40,870 nucleotides of DNA from Nemertoderma westbladi (taxonomy: Eukaryota > Animalia > Xenacoelomorpha): contig JAUCBJ010000932.1 of assembly GCA_032718475.1 (NCBI GenBank), forward strand, positions 1-40,870, given 5' to 3'. A model generated the notes under the pieces. It had not been told where the DNA came from, did no database searches, and saw nothing but the letters and a program-made list of their open reading frames with translations. The position numbers and the translations under genes were made by a program. Positions within the stretch are counted from its first letter, which is position 1. Every line of letters starts with the position of its first letter. Below are positions 38,257-40,870 of the stretch, piece after piece.

Positions 38257-38493
38257 GTTCGTAACAAATAAACTCTTATTGTTCCATATTTATTTACCAT
38301 AATATAACTGTAGCACAAATTATTGACATTTATTATGAATTAGGTCAGTAGATCACTATTACATATTTTGTTGTTATTTTTTTATTAATTCACTGTAAAA
38401 ACACTCATATCTATTTATTTATTTATATTTATATAAAATGTCAGTCTCTCTGTGACCAAAGAGTTATATGTCAATATATTACTTTGCTTGCAG

Positions 38494-38713
38494 ATTCATT
38501 GAAAATGGGAGAAAATCATTAAAATTTAATTTGTGGAAATTGAAGTGGAAATGGAAGAGACCTGAAATAAATGTAACAACTAAAAGTTTTAGTAACGATG
38601 GCAGGAAAGAGATTGGATCTTGTAATAGAACCTCACTTAACTCTCAATCTTTGGAAATGTATGTAAATTCTTCAGAGAATCGGCGTCATGATTTCGTTAC
38701 ATTATCACTGTGA
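38494..38713 (+). CDS. LRR / multi-pass membrane protein, exon 5 of 5 (basic, Ser-rich cytoplasmic tail)
   Basis: TTGCAG| acceptor in phase with exon 4; ends ..HDFVTLSL*. The five exons sum to 3495 nt = 1164 aa + stop. Confidence 0.7.
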
Positions 38714-38742
38714 CTCGTGTTACATGTATCACATTAACATGA

Positions 38743-38748
38743 AATAAA
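38743..38748 (+). promoter_or_regulatory. Candidate polyadenylation signal of the LRR gene
   Basis: AATAAA 30 nt after the predicted stop, followed by T-rich sequence. Confidence 0.45.
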
Positions 38749-39014
38749 GTAAAATTCGGTTTAAAATCAATTCTTTATTATTATACTTTTAAATAAATAT
38801 TACATTTATCGTTATTAGTTATTACGAAGCTGACATATTTTTTGAAGGCCTATAATAATGTTATATTAGGTGATTCCGATAAATCCTGGATTCTGTCATA
38901 AATCCCCATTCATGTACTCCCTACGTATACATAATAAATTAATTGTTGTGGCTTAGAGTGACTGTGAAGGGCGAAAACATGATAGCCCACGCCATAGCGA
39001 AAAATTATCCATCC

Positions 39015-39310
39015 GTCCTGGTGGCTCAGTTGTCTTAGGCACACAAACCCGGCTGATTATAACCGGAAGTTTTTAAACCTAGGTACCGGGTTCGAGCCCC
39101 AATAGGGTCGGTTGATATTTTTCTCTAGGGAGAGCATTATCATACCTATCCCTCCGGTTCACATAACGGAGACAAACCGGCGTCACATTCTGCCAAGGGT
39201 TAACACCACGCCCTATGTTTCCAATTACCAAATAGTGTTTGTACCGACAATGAAAAACGAGTATCACCATGTAAAAACAATGTCTTCGAATCGCTGAGCA
39301 TTGTTGCTAC
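39015..39310 (+). mobile_element. tRNA-headed SINE-like sequence (3' boundary uncertain)
   Basis: A box GTGGCTCAGTTG at 39021 and B box GGGTTCGAGCCC at 39088; spacing is longer than in a tRNA and the acceptor stem pairs poorly. Confidence 0.55.
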
Positions 39311-39506
39311 CGCACGTCACTGGCACCGAATAAGTGGGGAGGGGCAGGGGGGGGGGGGGGGGGGGTTCCCCATTTCCTTTCGGTTTTTTATTATTTTGTT
39401 CAATGTGGTTGAAAAATGCATAGAAAACTATATACCATGGGAATCACTGGGAATACCAAGAAAATCACCAAAAGTACATAAAATTTGAAAAAACAATTTT
39501 TGGCAG

Positions 39507-39542
39507 GCCTAGCAGCCTAGCAGCCTAGCAGCCTAGCAGCCT
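39507..39542. repeat. (GCCTAGCA)n microsatellite, 4.5 copies
   Basis: Direct reading. Confidence 0.9.
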
Positions 39543-39880
39543 TTGTGAGATTCTAAAAATTTCACTAAAATGACTACTCTTCGTTATTTTCCATATATAT
39601 TTTCCGATACCACATTTTTTGGAACCAGCAGGTTCATTTTCATCATATTTTTTACACACTTTATTTCTATTTTCGTTTTCTAGTTCTGATAATTAGCAAT
39701 TTTGTAAAAAATATTCTAAATTTTTTAAAAACTAAAAAACACATGTTTTTTTATTTTTTTAATTTTTTATTCAAAAAATGGGGAAATATTATTCAATTAA
39801 GAAAAGTGCGTGAAATTTATTAAAGCTTATGAAATTACCCTTCATATAAAGCAAAATTAAGAAATATTACTAATTTGAAT

Positions 39881-40030
39881 ATAGTATATATTCTATGTTA
39901 TGTATATAGAGTTCTAGAACATAGTATATATTCTATGTTATGTATACAGAGTTCTAGAACACAGTATATATTCTATGTTATGTATATAGAGTTCTAGAAC
40001 ATATTATATATTCTATGTTATGTATACAGA
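39881..40030. repeat. 40-bp AT-rich tandem repeat, ~3.75 copies
   Basis: Unit ATAGTATATATTCTATGTTATGTATATAGAGTTCTAGAAC at 39881, 39921, 39961 and 40001. Confidence 0.9.
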
Positions 40031-40274
40031 ATATACATAATATATCAAACTTCTATATTATGAATATATACTATGTTCTAAAAGTCCTTGTTCTGAGATA
40101 ATCGCCTTCAAAGTTCAACCTTCCCGCTCAAAACTACCTGTGGGGTCTGGTTGGTTAATAGTGTCTGACATGAAGGAAGTACAACACCACGGTACACCGT
40201 GCTAAAATTGTATTTATGGGGGTATTCGGGGACGCTGATTCATTTCCGAGGTCAGGTTTAACATTTGGTGGAAT

Positions 40275-40400
40275 GTAGTCTGTCCGTCTGTCGGTTGACT
40301 GTCTGTCTGTCTTACATTTTGACAGAGAAATTGGCAGATAGATATTCAACGATAACTCGAGAACTAAAAGTGATCTCTCTAAGCTGTTTTCAGATATTTA
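40275..40400 (+). mobile_element. Possible Helentron/DINE-1-like (HINE) fragment
   Basis: (GTCY)n microsatellite followed by CGATAACTCGAGAAC; boundaries are not resolved. Confidence 0.3.
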
Positions 40401-40509
40401 ATCCCCATTAGAATCCGCTGTAGATGCAATAAAAACAAATTTCTGAAATTTTTTGCGAGGGGAGTTAACCCCCCCCCCCTCCCCCCCCCCCTCCCTTAAT
40501 GAGTCCTTA

Positions 40510-40760
40510 ACCAGTGCAGTATGACGGTCCAGGCGCAGAAAGAGTCCCGACTCAAACAGACTACAGCGGCCAAGAATGCAGTTAAGGCTGCATCTAGGTC
40601 CCTGAACAGACAGTACTCTGTTAATCTACAGGAGCTAATAAACCAACAGGTTGATGCCATCAATGATGCAGACGACTGCAGGCAATCATCTCAGGCATGG
40701 AAATCGATCAACTTGCTTACCGGGCGGAAAAGCCTACCAGTTAGGCAGATTCACCAGCCG
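40510..40760 (+). mobile_element. LINE ORF2 fragment (linker between endonuclease and RT, RTE-like)
   Basis: QVDAINDADD..SSQAWKSINLLTGRKS resembles the AW-x-x-IN-x-x-TGRK segment of RTE-type ORF2; the frame is truncated. Confidence 0.55.
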
Positions 40761-40870
40761 ATCAAGGCTGCTGCAAGGTAAAGGCTGCTGCAAAGACCAT
40801 TAAGACCAATCGTGCCAGTGGGTAGATAGTGTTCCCCCTGAGGTCTTTAAAATACCTGAGTGTTTAAAGC

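Noticed and set aside
37964-38302. LRR gene ending at the in-frame stop 38302 without exon 5
   Set aside because: Possible as an isoform, but the phase-matched CG|GTTCGT donor, TTGCAG acceptor and downstream AATAAA favour the five-exon model.
34048-39109. Functional tRNA genes at 34048, 34678 and 39015
   Set aside because: A and B boxes are present, but the acceptor and T stems fail to pair; treated as tRNA-derived repeats.

Overview
AT-rich eukaryotic, almost certainly invertebrate animal, genomic DNA with GT-AG spliceosomal introns. There is no prokaryotic gene organisation and no CRISPR array. Two intact multi-exon genes lie on the + strand. The first is a 4-exon BCAP31/BAP31-family gene (10483-13954, 239 aa, C-terminal KKDN). 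The second is a 5-exon, ~1164-aa membrane protein (27534-38713) with a signal peptide, a plant/protist-type LRR N-cap, ~15 'plant-specific' LRRs, a Cys-rich stalk and a ~10-TM C-terminal domain; it is the most unusual item in the window. The rest is repeat-derived: a decayed DIRS/Ngaro RT-RNaseH, CRE- and RTE-type LINE fragments, several non-autonomous TIR elements (most with readable TSDs), a ~10.5-kb 34-bp satellite interrupted by a 2-kb TIR element with ~178-bp phased motifs, intronic 48- and 45-bp minisatellites, and an 805-bp palindrome with outward-facing tRNA-like heads. Paired repeat copies also show TA-duplicating micro-insertions (TAGGCCTA/TACCGGTA type), which may be transposon excision scars. 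All calls come from reading the sequence by eye; no database searches were run.
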